Notes under the pieces: generated by a model
The model's database searches: none
Told to the model about the DNA's origin: nothing
What the model saw: the letters and a program-made list of their open reading frames with translations, nothing else
Position numbers and translations under genes: made by a program
From: Isurus oxyrinchus
Lineage: Eukaryota
Assembly: GCA_026770705.1 (NCBI GenBank)
Contig: JANJGN010000052.1
Coordinates: forward strand, 62,001 to 126,000
Direction: 5' to 3'
Length of the DNA: 64,000 nt
Part shown: one piece after another, positions 22,977 through 34,756 of the stretch
Layout of the letters: the number at the start of each line of letters is the position of its first letter
How positions within the stretch are numbered: position 1 is the first letter of the stretch

Positions 22977-25395
22977 ATTGTCGCATCTTTATTATTAACG
23001 TTATTTAAAAATAGTGATCACACAAGCCTAGCTTCTAAGGAGATGAAACTGCAAACAATTTACAGTAAAGTGAAATGTACAGGAATAATCTATTTATTTT
23101 GAGTTGATGATATATAATTATACATGAGGCATGTTGCTAATTTCAAACATCATCTGAAATATGGCAGGTCTGACAGAGCAGCATTCCCTCAGTGTCCACC
23201 CTCTGACAGTGCAGCACTCCCTCAGCATTGACGCTTTGAGAGTGCAGCACTCCTTCAGTATTGACCCTCTGGAAGTGCAGCACTCCCTCAGTGCTAACAC
23301 TCCAACAGTGCAGCACTCCCTCAGTACTGACCCTCTGACAGTGCAGCACTCCCTAAGTACTGACCCTCTGACAGTTCAGCACTGCCTCAGTACTGACCCT
23401 TTGATAGAGCAGGGTTTCCCTCAGTACTGACCTCCTGACAGTGCAGCACTCCCTCAGTACTGACCCTCTGACAGTGCAGCACTCCCTCAATATTGACCCT
23501 CCAACAGTGCAGCACTCCCTCAGCACTCCCTCACTGGGGAGAGTCCATCTGGGTTTTGAGCTGAAACCTTGAGACGGTTTGAAAACCCCAACCTGCTGTC
23601 TTGGAGAGAGAGAGAGAGAGAGTGAGTGCGTGTGTGAGAAAGAGAGACAATGTGTGTGTGAGAGAGTGACAGTGCGTATGTGTGCGAGAGAGAAGGATAG
23701 AGAGAAAGAGAAAATGTGTGAGAGAGCAAAAGAGAGGTAGAGTGTGTACGCATGAGAGAGTGAGGTAGCTGAATTGTGTGAGAGAGTGTGTGTGAGAGAA
23801 AGGGAATGTCTGTGTTAGAGAGAGAGCTTATGTGTGAGAGAGAAAGAAAGAGAGAGAATCTGTGGGTGTTAGATAGTGTGTGTGTGAAAGAGAGAGTGTG
23901 TATGTGAGAGAGCGTGTGCGTGAGAGCGTGTGTGTGTGTGTGTTTGAGAGAGGGGGTGTATGTGTTTGAGAGAAGGAGTGTGCGAGAGAGGGTGTGTGTA
24001 TTTGAGAGGGAGTGTGTGTGTTTAAAAGAATGAACAAGNNNNNNNNNNNNNNNNNNNNNNNNNNNNNNNNNNNNNNNNNNNNNNNNNNNNNNNNNNNNNN
24101 NNNNNNNNNNNNNNNNNNNNNNNNNNNNNNNNNNNNNNNNNNNNNNNNNNNNNNNNNNNNNNNNNNNNNNNNNNNNNNNNNNNNNNNNNNNNNNNNNNNN
24201 NNNNNNNNNNNNNNNNNNNNNNNNNNNNNNNNNNNNNNNNNNNNNNNNNNNNNNNNNNTTTACAGTTTCACACGTTGCTAGGGACCACTTTTCCGCCTCT
24301 CTGTCAGACTGTGTGTATCTGACAGCAGGTCAGGCAGGAATAGTCCAGAATGCGATGTGGTTTTGTAGCATTGAAACAACGACATGAACTAAATGAGTGC
24401 TGCACCAAATAAAGACATGGAGTGACCACACCAAAAAACCACGTGACTTCCCCAGTTTCACATCTCCCTCAAACACAGAAAAACTGGGTTAACACTGACC
24501 CTCCTCCCAGAGCCAGTTCACCTCGTGTCCGATGCAGTCAGGAGAGGAAGATCATCTCTCCTCCGATCCTGCTAAACTGAACATTTCCAGAATTAGATCA
24601 GCTCCCTGAAGTGTCTCCAGTTAGACATTCATCTGACAGGATTGACTCTACAACCCTGGGGACTCATTCTCCTGTAAGTAAAACACTTGCTGCTCCTGTC
24701 AAATCTCTTCTGTATAGCATGGTCTCTGGATGTCCCAGAACACTTTACAGTTGAGTTCACCCTTTTTTCGAAGTGTGGTTACTGTTGTAATGTAGGAAAC
24801 GCAGCAGCCAATTAGCGCACAGCAAGCTCCCACAAACAGCAATGTGAGCATCTGTTTTTGGTGATGTTGGTTGAGGGATAAATATTGGTGCCAGGACACC
24901 GGGGAGATCTCCCCCCTGCTCTTCCTCCAAATAGTGGTTGTGGCATCTTTCACACCCGCCCGAGAGGGCAGACGGGGGACTCGATTTAGTGTCTAATATT
25001 GGACTAATCTCCAGGCGAGGTTGGCTGGATGGATTATTGACAAGGTCCATTCACCCTGTAAATGGTTTGAAATACCCGATCAAACATCGAGTTCTGTGTC
25101 TAAACCTTGTGTTGAAAAGACACCTTTCCAGCTCTTCACCTGCCATTAGCTTGTTGAGTCTTCACACGCTCCGTCTGTCTGTGACCAACCCCTCTTAGCT
25201 CATCCTTTCCTTGTCATACATCGAGCTGTTCATCCTGACGGGTTCCCTCCTTCCCAGTAACACTCCATCTCCGACATCAAACTAACTCCCAACACGTTGA
25301 TGAATTGTATGGATTCCAGCGTCAGTTGGTTCTGTCTGAGGCTGTTTCTCTGATCGGGGACCGAGCTGTTCTGAACGGACTTTGTGTTCAGCAGT
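22977..25395 (-). repeat. Right arm of the inverted segmental duplication (partner 6547-8773)
   Basis: Reverse complement of the left arm, interrupted by the gap at 24039-24258. Confidence 0.9.
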
Positions 25396-25564
25396 ACTGA
25401 CCCTCCGACAGTGCAGCACTCCCTCAGTACTTACCCTCTGACAGTGCAGCACGCCCTCAGTACTGATCCTCTGACAGTGCAGCACTCCCTCACCACTCCC
25501 TCACTGGGGAGAATCTACCTGGGTTTTGAGCTGAAATCATGAGCAGGTCCTAAAACATTCTGTA

Positions 25565-26175
25565 TCAGAGAGAGAGAGAGTGTCTGAGAGAGAGAGAGAG
25601 ACAGAGAGACTGTGTGAGAGAGAAAAAGAGATAGAGAGAGTGTGTGCATGTGTGAGGGAGAGTGTTTGTATATGAGGGAGAGAGTGTGCATGTGAGAGTG
25701 TGTGAGACAGAGTGTGTGGGAGAGAGAGTGTGTTTGTGACAGAGAGTGTGTGTGTGTGTGCGAGGGAGAGAAAGAGGGAGACAGCAGAAGAGCGAGATGA
25801 AGAGAAATGTTAAATGTTTGAGAGAGAGAGAATGTGTGTGTCTGTGAGAGAGAGTGTGTGCTTGACAGAAAGAGAGATTGTGTTAGTTTTAGGGAAAGTG
25901 TGTGAGTGTGTGAGAGAGTGTTTGTGTCTGAGAGAGAGAGAGAATGTATTTGAGGGAGGGAGACAGAGAGAATGTGTGTGTGAGAGAGAGAGAGATAGAG
26001 CAGAAGAGTGCGATAGAGAGAGATTGTGAGTGTTAGAGAGAGAATGTGTGTGTGTGAGAGAGAGAGATAGAGCAGAAGAGTGCGATAGAGAGAGATTGTG
26101 AGCGTTAGAGAGAGAATGTGTGTGTGTGAGAGAGAGAGATAGCGCAGAAGAGTGCGATAGATAGAGATTGTGAGG
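25565..26175. repeat. GA/GT low-complexity microsatellite tract
   Basis: Directly visible; similar tracts at ~7710-8210, 11265-11770, 12635-13005, 20475-20825, 22660-22975, 32620-33020 and 35065-35400. Confidence 0.9.
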
Positions 26176-26438
26176 ACTAAACTCACTGAGAGAAAAAGCT
26201 GGACACCCAGCAGAGGGAGTGAGGGAACAATGAATTTTTGCCGTGTTTGGTGAATCGGTTTGTGATGTCCCTTCTCAATCTCTCCTTCCTTGCCTTGACA
26301 TTAGTTTATTCCCTGGGGCTGTTTAATTCCCTGAAAGGTGCCATTTAACCACAAGTTGTTGTTTGAGGAAGAAACGCTGGGGACAATTTATGAAAAAGTC
26401 TCTGTCTTTATCATTTCCATTTAGATGAGGAACTGAAG

Positions 26439-26484
26439 ATGGGAGAGGTCGGTCTGATATTGATCTTCATCAGCTTGCTGCAAG
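26439..26484 (+). pseudogene. MAG/Siglec-like gene D, leader exon
   Basis: catttag| acceptor at 26424. ATG GGA GAG...CTG CAA G|gtacaa gives MGEVGLILIFISLLQ, phase 1, ending SLLQ like the A and B leaders. Confidence 0.75.
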
Positions 26485-26816
26485 GTACAAATTCATTACT
26501 GATCGGAACTCAGGGAATTGGATTCTTTCCTGGAGTGAGGAAGTGAACGTTTAATTTTAGAGAACAGGGTTAGTGATCACACAGAGAGTGAGTGATTAGC
26601 GAGTCAGAGAATTTAGCAAAAGAAAAAGCCTCATACGGACTCGAAACACCAACTCTGTTTCTCTCTCCACAGATGCTGTCAGACCGGCTGAGTTTTTCCA
26701 GCATTTTCTGTTTGTGCATCAGAGAGCTTGTTTCAATAGGAATGACAGTGCATTTATATAGCACCTTTAATGCAGTAAAACATCCTTATTGCTTCACAGG
26801 ATTCCCCCACAAGGGG

Positions 26817-27265
26817 TAACATCCCCTCAGCATCCACCCTGTCAAACCCCCCACCATCTCAGAATCTTATATGTTTCAATAAGATCACCTCTCATTCTTC
26901 TAAACTCCAATGGATACAGGGCCCAACCTGCTCAACATTTCCTCATAAGACAAACCCCCTTCATCCCAGGAATCAGCCCAGTGATCCTCCTCTGAGCTGC
27001 CTCCAATGCAGAGTCTATCCCTCCCTAAGTAAGGAGACCAGAACTCTACACACTGCTCCTGATACAATCTCACCAACACCCTGTGCAGCTGTTGCAAGAC
27101 TTCCCTCCTTTTATACTCCATCCCTTTGCAATAAAGGCCAACATTCCTCTTGCCTTCCTCATTCCGTGGTGTTCCTGAATGCTGACTTTCTGTGATTCAT
27201 GTACAAGGACACCCAGATCCCTCTGTACCGCATTCTGTAGACTCTCTCCATTGAAGTAATATTCT
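26817..27265 (-). mobile_element. CR1 LINE 3' fragment
   Basis: MEYKRREVLQQLHRVLVRL...CVEFWSPYL...LSYEEMLSRLG. Confidence 0.85.
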
Positions 27266-27304
27266 GCTTTTTGATGTCCTGTCCCCTCCCTTGTTGCCTT
27301 TCAG

Positions 27305-27594
27305 GAGTGACGTCAGAGGGATGGTCTATGAAGGCGCTGCCTCGGAGGGCCATCAGCAGCTCTTGTGTGGTTATTCCGTGTAGCTTTGACTTTCCTTCCC
27401 ACTCTTACACAGCACTGCACGGAGCTTGGTATAAATATTGGTATAGATGGAAATATACCATCACATACACCAAAGATCCCAATTATGCGATGGCCACATT
27501 CGTGGGACGAGCTAAAATAATCGGCGACTTGGAAGGGAAGAATTGTTCGGTGGGGATTGACAGTCTCAGAGCTGAAGACAGTGACGTGTATTAC
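27305..27594 (+). pseudogene. MAG/Siglec-like gene D, truncated V-set exon
   Basis: cctttcag| acceptor, phase 1. GVTSEGWSMK...SCVVIPCSFDFP...HGAWY...FVGRAKIIGDLEGKNCSV.IDSLRAEDSDVYY then switches to gag sequence and stops at 27604-27606. Confidence 0.82.
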
Positions 27595-27993
27595 ACCCAA
27601 TTCTAAATCTTTTCACCAATTAGTCGTCCTCATGAAGATGTATTTTCAGCTGAAGCCGTGGGTAATAATGCAGAGGTTTAAGTTTAACTCCAGAGTAAGG
27701 GCCCAGGGAGAGTCCATCGCAACCTATACAGTGAAGTGGAAGCAGGTGACTGAGCACTGGGACCTCGGAGACACACTCAATGACATGTTGCGGGGCCGAT
27801 TGGTTTGTGTTGTTCACCCCAATGCCATTCAGAGCCGTTTACTCGCAGAAGCCGACATCGATTTGAACCGCGCCATGGAAATAGCGCCAGGCATGGAAAG
27901 TGCTGGGAGAGACTGGAGGGATTTACAGGATGTACAACATGGCACCAGTCCTCAGCTGGGACAGGAACCAACCACCGGGCGTGAGGCTCAAAC

Positions 27994-28026
<33 letters not shown>

Positions 28027-28700
28027 CCGCCAAGCGAGAGACAGTCTCTGCCGCTCCAGAAACTAAAAGGCTTCGTGGGAGTATTTCAGCAGCAACTCCG
28101 AAGTTGGCCTGTTCTCGATGTGGGGGGGGTGAGCATGTACCGGACACCTGCAGGTTCAAGGGGGCAGAATGCCATCACTGCCACAAGAAAGGGGCGGGTA
28201 ATAAAGCAATGCAGGGTGAAATCGAGACAGCCCATCAGACAGTGCACCAACATGATGGAAGTGAATAATATCACAGAGTCTGAAGCTGCTGATACCGATG
28301 TCTATTCCCTGTCCAATGTCACAGTGGTAAAAACTGAACCTATAACCATCACAACCCAAGTGAATGGGCAGCCACTAGTAATGGGGCAGATACGGGAGCC
28401 TCAGACACAGTGGTGGAAGAGCCCACATTTAAACAGCTAAATGAAGGAACCCAGACGCTGAATTTAGAGCCAACAATGGATCAGCTGAAGACACACACTG
28501 GAGAATCCATACAGGGAAAGGACCTCATCCCAGTACCTGTGTCCTACAGGCAGCAGACAGCCCAGCTTCCAGTGATCATAGCGACAGGTGAGGGCCCTAG
28601 TCTTCTGGGCCGAGACTGGTTCCAGAAAACCAAGCTCAGCTGCTCTGAAATGTTTCACTGGAGGAGTTGCTGAGTTGCTGGGGGAATATGAGAGTGTATC
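27595..28700 (+). mobile_element. Degenerate Gypsy-type LTR retrotransposon gag-protease fragment
   Basis: QRFKFNSR...GESIATY...LNDMLRGRLVC, zinc knuckle CSRCGGGEH...C...CHHCHKKG, protease end GPSLLGRDW. Same family as 62700-64000. Confidence 0.85.
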
Positions 28701-28964
28701 TCGGGAATGAGTTTGAAGAATTGAAGCATCCTCACAGGCTGCAAGTGTCCCTCAGGTCAGAGTTGGTTCCACTGGAAAATCCTGAAGAGAAAGAAAGCGA
28801 ATTCTGTGCCGCTCTGAGCAAACTGAAGAAACAGTTGGCAGGGAAGACCCAACCATGTCCAATGTTCCAGGAGGAAGGCAAGAGATACAAGGAAGAGACT
28901 GAAGAGCTGAAGATTCAGCTGAATGAAACCAAAGAGGCAGTTACAGTATCACAACAAGTTTACA

Positions 28965-29335
28965 GTGCAGAAGGAGGCCATTCAGCCCCTTGAGCCTGTT
29001 ACACAGGAACAGGAGGAGGCCATTCAGCCCCTTGAGCCTGTTACACAGGAACAGGAGGAGGCCATTCAGCCCCCTCAAGCCTGTTACACAGGAACAGGAA
29101 GAGGCCCATTCAGCACCCTCGAGACTGTTACACAGGAACAGGAAGAGGCCATTCAGCCCCCTCAAGACTGTTACACAGAAACAGGAGGAGGCCATTCTGC
29201 CACTTATGTCCATTACACAGGAACAAGAGGAGGCCATTCTGCCACTTATGTCCATTATACAGGAACAGGAGGAGGCCATTCAGCCACTGATGCCCGTTAC
29301 ACAGGAACAGGAGGAGGCCATTCAGCCCCTTGTAG
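28965..29335. repeat. ~39-bp minisatellite (ttacacaggaacaggaggaggccattcagcccctcgagcctg)
   Basis: About 9 tandem copies; an inverted copy with the same flank lies at 5874-6096. Confidence 0.9.
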
Positions 29336-29989
29336 GGTGTGGTGGTGTGTGTCAGCTTCACCTGCGACTTCTGAGCCATCTGAATCACTCCCAATCCCTG
29401 GGTTCTAGACCTTGGACTTATTCGGGGCTTGTCACAAAGTGCAGCAGACAACTGGTTTTGGTGCAAGACAAAAACTGAGTTTACTGAAGTCACAAATGAA
29501 CTTATAACATTAGGATGACACTGAGATTATACAGACTTACAAAGTACACTGAGTTAAGAATGGGGAACACACGGCATAACGAGGGAGAATCACGCTACTA
29601 ATGCCCTTACCCTTGTCCCACCCCCAAACCCTAACTAAATAGCACTAGGAGAGGTCAGGGGTCACGCTCACCAACCCAGGGTTCCTTGACAGTTGGAAAT
29701 TTTGAGAACCCTTCAAGAGATGGGGTGGGTTACAGGGGCTGGAGGAGGTTACAGAGATAGGGAGGGTTGTAGGGGCTGGAGGAGGTTACAGAGATAAGGA
29801 GTGTTGTAGGGGCTGGAGGAGGTTACAAATTGTAAATCAGTTCCCCCTCGAGGCCCCTTGTCCAAAATAAAAGCAACGCACACAATTTGTAAAATAGTAA
29901 GTGTAGCAATGAGAGGAGTAAGGGGTTAGGGGGCGTGCGCTTCACCTGATTTGCCGACATTAGAACCAGCCCCTATGTTTTTGCTATGT

Positions 29990-30207
29990 TGTGTTGCATC
30001 AATATGAACACATATTTGCACAAGGTGAAGGGCGTTGCGGAGGGACTGATAGTTCTCGGTGCCAGACAGTCAATGTCCCAGTGACCTTACTGCTGGTCCC
30101 AGGCCAGTGGGACAGGGAACATCGACACTGCAATATCCAGAAATGGGTGTGATACCACACAGCTACCCACCCGCGGCTGTCCCCTTCAAGTGTTTCAGGT
30201 ATAAGAG
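29990..30207 (+). promoter_or_regulatory. Proximal promoter of the hepcidin-like gene
   Basis: TATAAGAG at 30200-30207, 77 nt before the ATG. C/EBP-type TTGCACAA at 30016-30023, C/EBP-ATF-type TTGCATCA at 29994-30001, CAGAC at ~30063. Confidence 0.55.
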
Positions 30208-30276
30208 CAGGAAGCTCCTCTAGTTACAAACCAAAGCATCAAAGCAGAGCCAGAAGATCAGAAGAGACAGGCAGAG

Positions 30277-30369
30277 ATGGGAAGCTCCCGGATGAAATGG
30301 CGACTTGTCTTGTTCACTCTGACTTTGCTGCTCTCCCTGCAGCTGAGTCACTTCTTCTCCTTGTCGAGG
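30277..30369 (+). CDS. HAMP: Hepcidin-like precursor, exon 1 (signal peptide)
   Basis: MGSSRMKWRLVLFTLTLLLSLQLSHFFSLSR with AGG|gtaagc donor, 93 nt, phase 0, downstream of a TATA box. An alternative in-frame ATG is at 30292. Confidence 0.82.
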
Positions 30370-30569
30370 GTAAGCTAAGAGATGTCCCTCTGGGTGAGGT
30401 GTTTCTTGCACATGACTCTACGTCTACCACCCAGATAGACTGGTCACTTCCGCAGTTTGATATTATTATGTTCGTGCCTTTAATATTGTCGCCCTCTATG
30501 AATTTAACATCATTTCCTTATGTCGTTTCCCCTGAAATTCTCATTCTTGTTTTCAATCCCTCCTCAGCG

Positions 30570-31460
30570 ACTCCCTATCTCTGTAACCTCCTCCAGCCCG
30601 TACAACCCTCCCTATCTCTGTAACCTCCTCCAGCCCCTACACCCCTCCCTATCTCTGTAACCTCCACCAGCCCCTACAACCGTCCCTATCTCTGTAACCT
30701 CCTCCAGCCCCTACAACCCTCCCTATCTCTGTAACCTCCTCCAGCCCCTACAACTGTCCCTATCTCTGTTACCTCCTCCAGACCCTACAACACTCCCTAT
30801 CTCCGTAACCTCCTCCAGCCCCTACAACCCTCCCTATCACTGTAACCTCCTCCAGCCCCTATAAACCTCCCTATCTCTGTAACCTCCTCCAGCCCCTACA
30901 ACCCTACCTATCTCTGTAACCTCCCCCAGGCCCCACAACCCTCATGATCACTGTAACCTCCTCTAGACCCTACAACCCTCCCTATCTCTGTAACCTGCTC
31001 CAGACCCTACAACCCTCCCTATCTCTGTAACCTCCTCCAGACCCTACAACCCTCCCTATCTCTGTAACCTCCTCCAGGCCCCACGACCCTCAGAATGACT
31101 GTCACCTCCTCCAGCCCCTACAATGCTCATGAACTCTATAACGTCCTCTCCACACTATAACTCTCCCTATCTCTGTAACCTACTGTGGCCCCTACAACAG
31201 TATCTATTTTGGTAACCTCCTCCAGCCTCTACAACCCTCCCTACCTCTGTAACCTCCTCCAGCCCCCACAACCCCCCCATCTCTTTAACCTCCTACAGCC
31301 CCTACTCATCTCCCTATCTCTGTAACCTCATACAGCCCCTACAACCCTCCCTATCTCTGTAACCTCCTACAGCCTCTAGAACCCTCCCTATCTCTGTAAC
31401 CTCCTACAGCCTCTACAACCCTCCCTATCTCTGTAACCTCCTCCAGCCGGAACAACCCTA
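30570..31460. repeat. ~38-bp minisatellite (ctccagcccctacaaccctccctatctctgtaacctc)
   Basis: More than 20 tandem copies in hepcidin intron 1; inverted arrays at ~29735-29830 and ~51660-52110. Confidence 0.95.
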
Positions 31461-32278
31461 CCTAAATCTCTGGTCTGAGTCTCACTCCACGGAATTCAGT
31501 CCCATAACGTCGGTCAACACTCCGTGCTGAGGGAGTGCTGCACTGTCAGAGGGTCAGTAGTGTGGAAGTGTTGCACTATTGGAGGGACAGTACTGAGTGA
31601 GTGCTATACTGTCGGAGGTCAGTACTGAGGGAGTGCTGCTGTGTCGAAGGGTTAGTACTGAAATAGAGCTGCACTGACGGAGGGACAGTACTGAGGGAGC
31701 GCAGCACTATCGAAGGGTTAATACTAAGGGAGTGCTGCAGTGTCAAAGGGTTAGTACTGAGGGAGCGCTGCACTGACGGAGGGACAATACTGTGGGAGTG
31801 CAGCACTATCGAAGGGTTAGTACTGAGGGAGTGCTGCAGTGTCAAAGGGTTAGTACTGAGGGAGCACAACAATGTTGAATGAGACATTAAACCGAGTCCC
31901 CCGTCTGCCCTCTCGGGCGGGTGTGAAAGATCCCACAGCCACTATTTGGAGGAAGAGCAGGGGGAGTTCTCCCCGGTGTCCTGGGACCAATATTTATCCC
32001 TCAACCAACATCACCAAAAACAGATGATCTAGGCCATGATCACATTGCTATTTGTGGGATCTTGCTGTGCACAAATCAGCTGCCACATTTCCGACAGTGT
32101 GAGTGCACTTCAAAAACATCCTTCAGTGGCTGTGAAATGCTTTGGGATGTGGTGAAAGGCGTTAGAGAAATGCAAGTCTGTCCTCCTCCCCCTCTCTCTC
32201 CTGTACCTCTCTCTCTCTCTCTCCCTCTCCCTCAATCCTCCTCTCACTTTCTCCCTGATAAATTCTTTCTTTTTGCAG

Positions 32279-32335
32279 GTTGACACTGCTTTAGGTTCTT
32301 CGACGATTGAGAAATCTGTGGATTCCCCGGACACG
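32279..32335 (+). CDS. HAMP: Hepcidin-like precursor, exon 2 (pro-region)
   Basis: Long polypyrimidine ttctttctttttgcag| acceptor and ACG|gtaggt donor, 57 nt, phase 0-0. Encodes VDTALGSSTIEKSVDSPDT. Confidence 0.78.
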
Positions 32336-34639
32336 GTAGGTGGAAATTCATTCCTTATTTTAAGGTTCCTCCCTGCTCGTTTCTTCCACAGAAAGTTTTC
32401 TGATTTCAAGCTGATTTCAGTGGCAGTCTGTCTCGGTTATACTCAGGAGGCATGTTTGAAATCGAGCCCCCCCCACCCTTTTTTTGCAAAGCTGGGAAGA
32501 GGCAATTCCAAGGAAGTGAACATATCCCCACAGGAATTTTAAATGTAACCCATGCCGGGAATAGTGAGAGGGAGACTGATCCAGCCTGGGAGTGGGTTAA
32601 AGAGAGGCTGGGAGTCGAGAGTCGGAGAGAGGGATGGAATGGGGGAGGGAGGGATTGGAAGAGAGAGACAGAGAGTGGGACGGGGAGGGGTGAAAGGGAA
32701 AGAACATAGGTGGGAGAGAGTGACAGAGGGAGAAATTAAAGAAGAGATGCAGAGTGAGGGAAAGTGAAAAGGGAAGAGAGATTGTCCAAGAGAGAGAAAT
32801 TAACAGGAAAGGGAGAGTTACAGAGTGAGCGAAAGTTACAAAAATAGTGTGAGAGAGAGGGAGAGATACAAAGTGGGAGAAGGAGACAGGGGAGAGAGAG
32901 GGAGAGAGACAGGAAAAGGGAGAGAGGAGAGAAAGATTGGGAGAGAGGGCAATTGAGAGGAAGAGTAGGAGAGAGAGAGACAGGGAGAGGAGGAGTGGAA
33001 GAGAGGAAGAGAGAGAGAGATATGGAGCAGGAGAACACCTCCTCCGGTCCCGATGTTCCTCCAAAATCTCTGACATTACTGCATCTCCCGGGTCCCCCTG
33101 ATTCCCATCGCTCCACCATTGGTGGCCGTGCCTTCAGCGGCCTGGGGCCCTGAGCTCCGGAATACCCTCCCTTAACCTCTCTGCCTCTCTCTCTCTCTCT
33201 CTCTCTCCTTTAAGACGCTCCTTAAAAACTGACATCTTTGACCAAGCTTTGGTCACCTATCCCTAATATCTCCATATGTGACTCAGTGTTAGACTTCTCT
33301 CTGATTTACGCTCCGGTAATGTGGGCTGGGACATTTTGCAATGTCCGAGGCGCTGTGTAAATGCAAGTTGTGAGTGTTATGTGGAAGGGAGACCCCAGGC
33401 GGCAGTCAGTGCCAGAGACTGGAGTCATTGTGCGCAGACCGTATCTAATCTCTCCGAATGCACAATCGGTTTGACTGTCAGCCAAAGCACTTTTGATATT
33501 TGATCCTTCTAACTGTTTATAACCAGGCCTACATCATACACCGAGAGGCTGGTTAATCAACAGACACCTTAGAGGATCGAGTGAAAGACAAAGAGGACTT
33601 GCATTTCTCTATAAAAACAAAGAAAACTGCGGATGCTGGAAATCCAAAACAAAAACAGAATTACCTGAAAAAACTCAGCAGGTCTGGCAGCATTGGCGGA
33701 GAAGAAAAGAGTTGACGTTTCGAGTCCTCAGAAGGGTCATGAGGACTCGAAACGTCAACTCTTGCATTTCTCTAGCGCCTTCCAACACATCAGGACGTCC
33801 CAAACTGTTTCGCAGACAATCCAGTGCTTTTTTTCTTTCATGTGAGGTCACTGATGTACTGTGGGAAAAGAATCAGCCATTGGCGCACTGTAAGATCCCA
33901 CAGACAGCAGCATGATAATGACCAGCGCACTCCCAGTACTTGCACTGCAAGTGTCAGTTCAGGGTGTCTGCTCGATTCTCTGCAACTCTCAGCTCTGAGT
34001 TAAAAGGACCACCAGGCGTAATTGAGAAATTACCGAGCTGTCGGAGGGTCAGTACCAGCGGGGGGGCAGGACAGTCGGAGGGTCAGTACTGAGGGGGTGC
34101 TGCATTGTCAGACGGTCAGTACTGAGGGAGTGCTGCACAGTCGGAGGGTCAGTACTGAGGGGGTGCTGCACTGTTGAAGGCGCTGTCTTTCAGATGAGAT
34201 GTTAAACTGAGACAACATCTGCCCTCTCAGATGGATGTAGAGGATTCCATGGCCACAATTTAAATGAAGTGTTTCAGGAGTTGGGTGTATGTGTGGAGGG
34301 GGTGGTGGGGGGTGGATGGGATGCAGTTATGTCTGCTTTCCTGGGGCAAACATTTATCCCTCAACTGACATTGGTAAAAAACTGAAAATCGGGGCCATTA
34401 TCACATTTCTGTTTGTGGGATCTTGCTGTGCGTGAATTGCCTGCTGCGTTTCCTACATTACAGCGGTGAGCTCACTTCAGAAAAAGTCCTTCCTTCAGCT
34501 GTGGAACACTTTGGGCCATCCTGAGGAGGGGAAAGGCGCTATAGAAATGCGCCATCCTCCTTCCAATGACGTGCCTGATTGAAATGATGCCTTCTTTCTT
34601 TCCGGAATGTTCTCACCTATTGTCTTCCTGCTTTTCCAG

Positions 34640-34756
34640 GGCTCCTTGCTGCAGCGCCAGAAGAGAATGGGCAGACAGCAGCTCTGCAGATTCTGCTGTA
34701 ACTGCTGTAATTGGAGAGGACCAAATGAGACTTGTGGTCTCTGCTGTAGATATTAG
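34640..34756 (+). CDS. HAMP: Hepcidin-like precursor, exon 3 (furin site and mature peptide)
   Basis: cttttccag| acceptor, phase 0. GSLLQRQKR|MGRQQLCRFCCNCCNWRGPNETCGLCCRY* has an R-x-K-R site and the C-xx-CC-x-CC-(x)n-C-G-x-CC eight-cysteine pattern. Confidence 0.93.
   Translation, partial: GSLLQRQKRMGRQQLCRFCCNCCNWRGPNETCGLCCRY

Noticed and set aside
26439-27606. Assigning the symbol MAG, CD22 or CD33 to any Siglec gene here
   Set aside because: Family membership is clear, but orthology cannot be set without a phylogeny.
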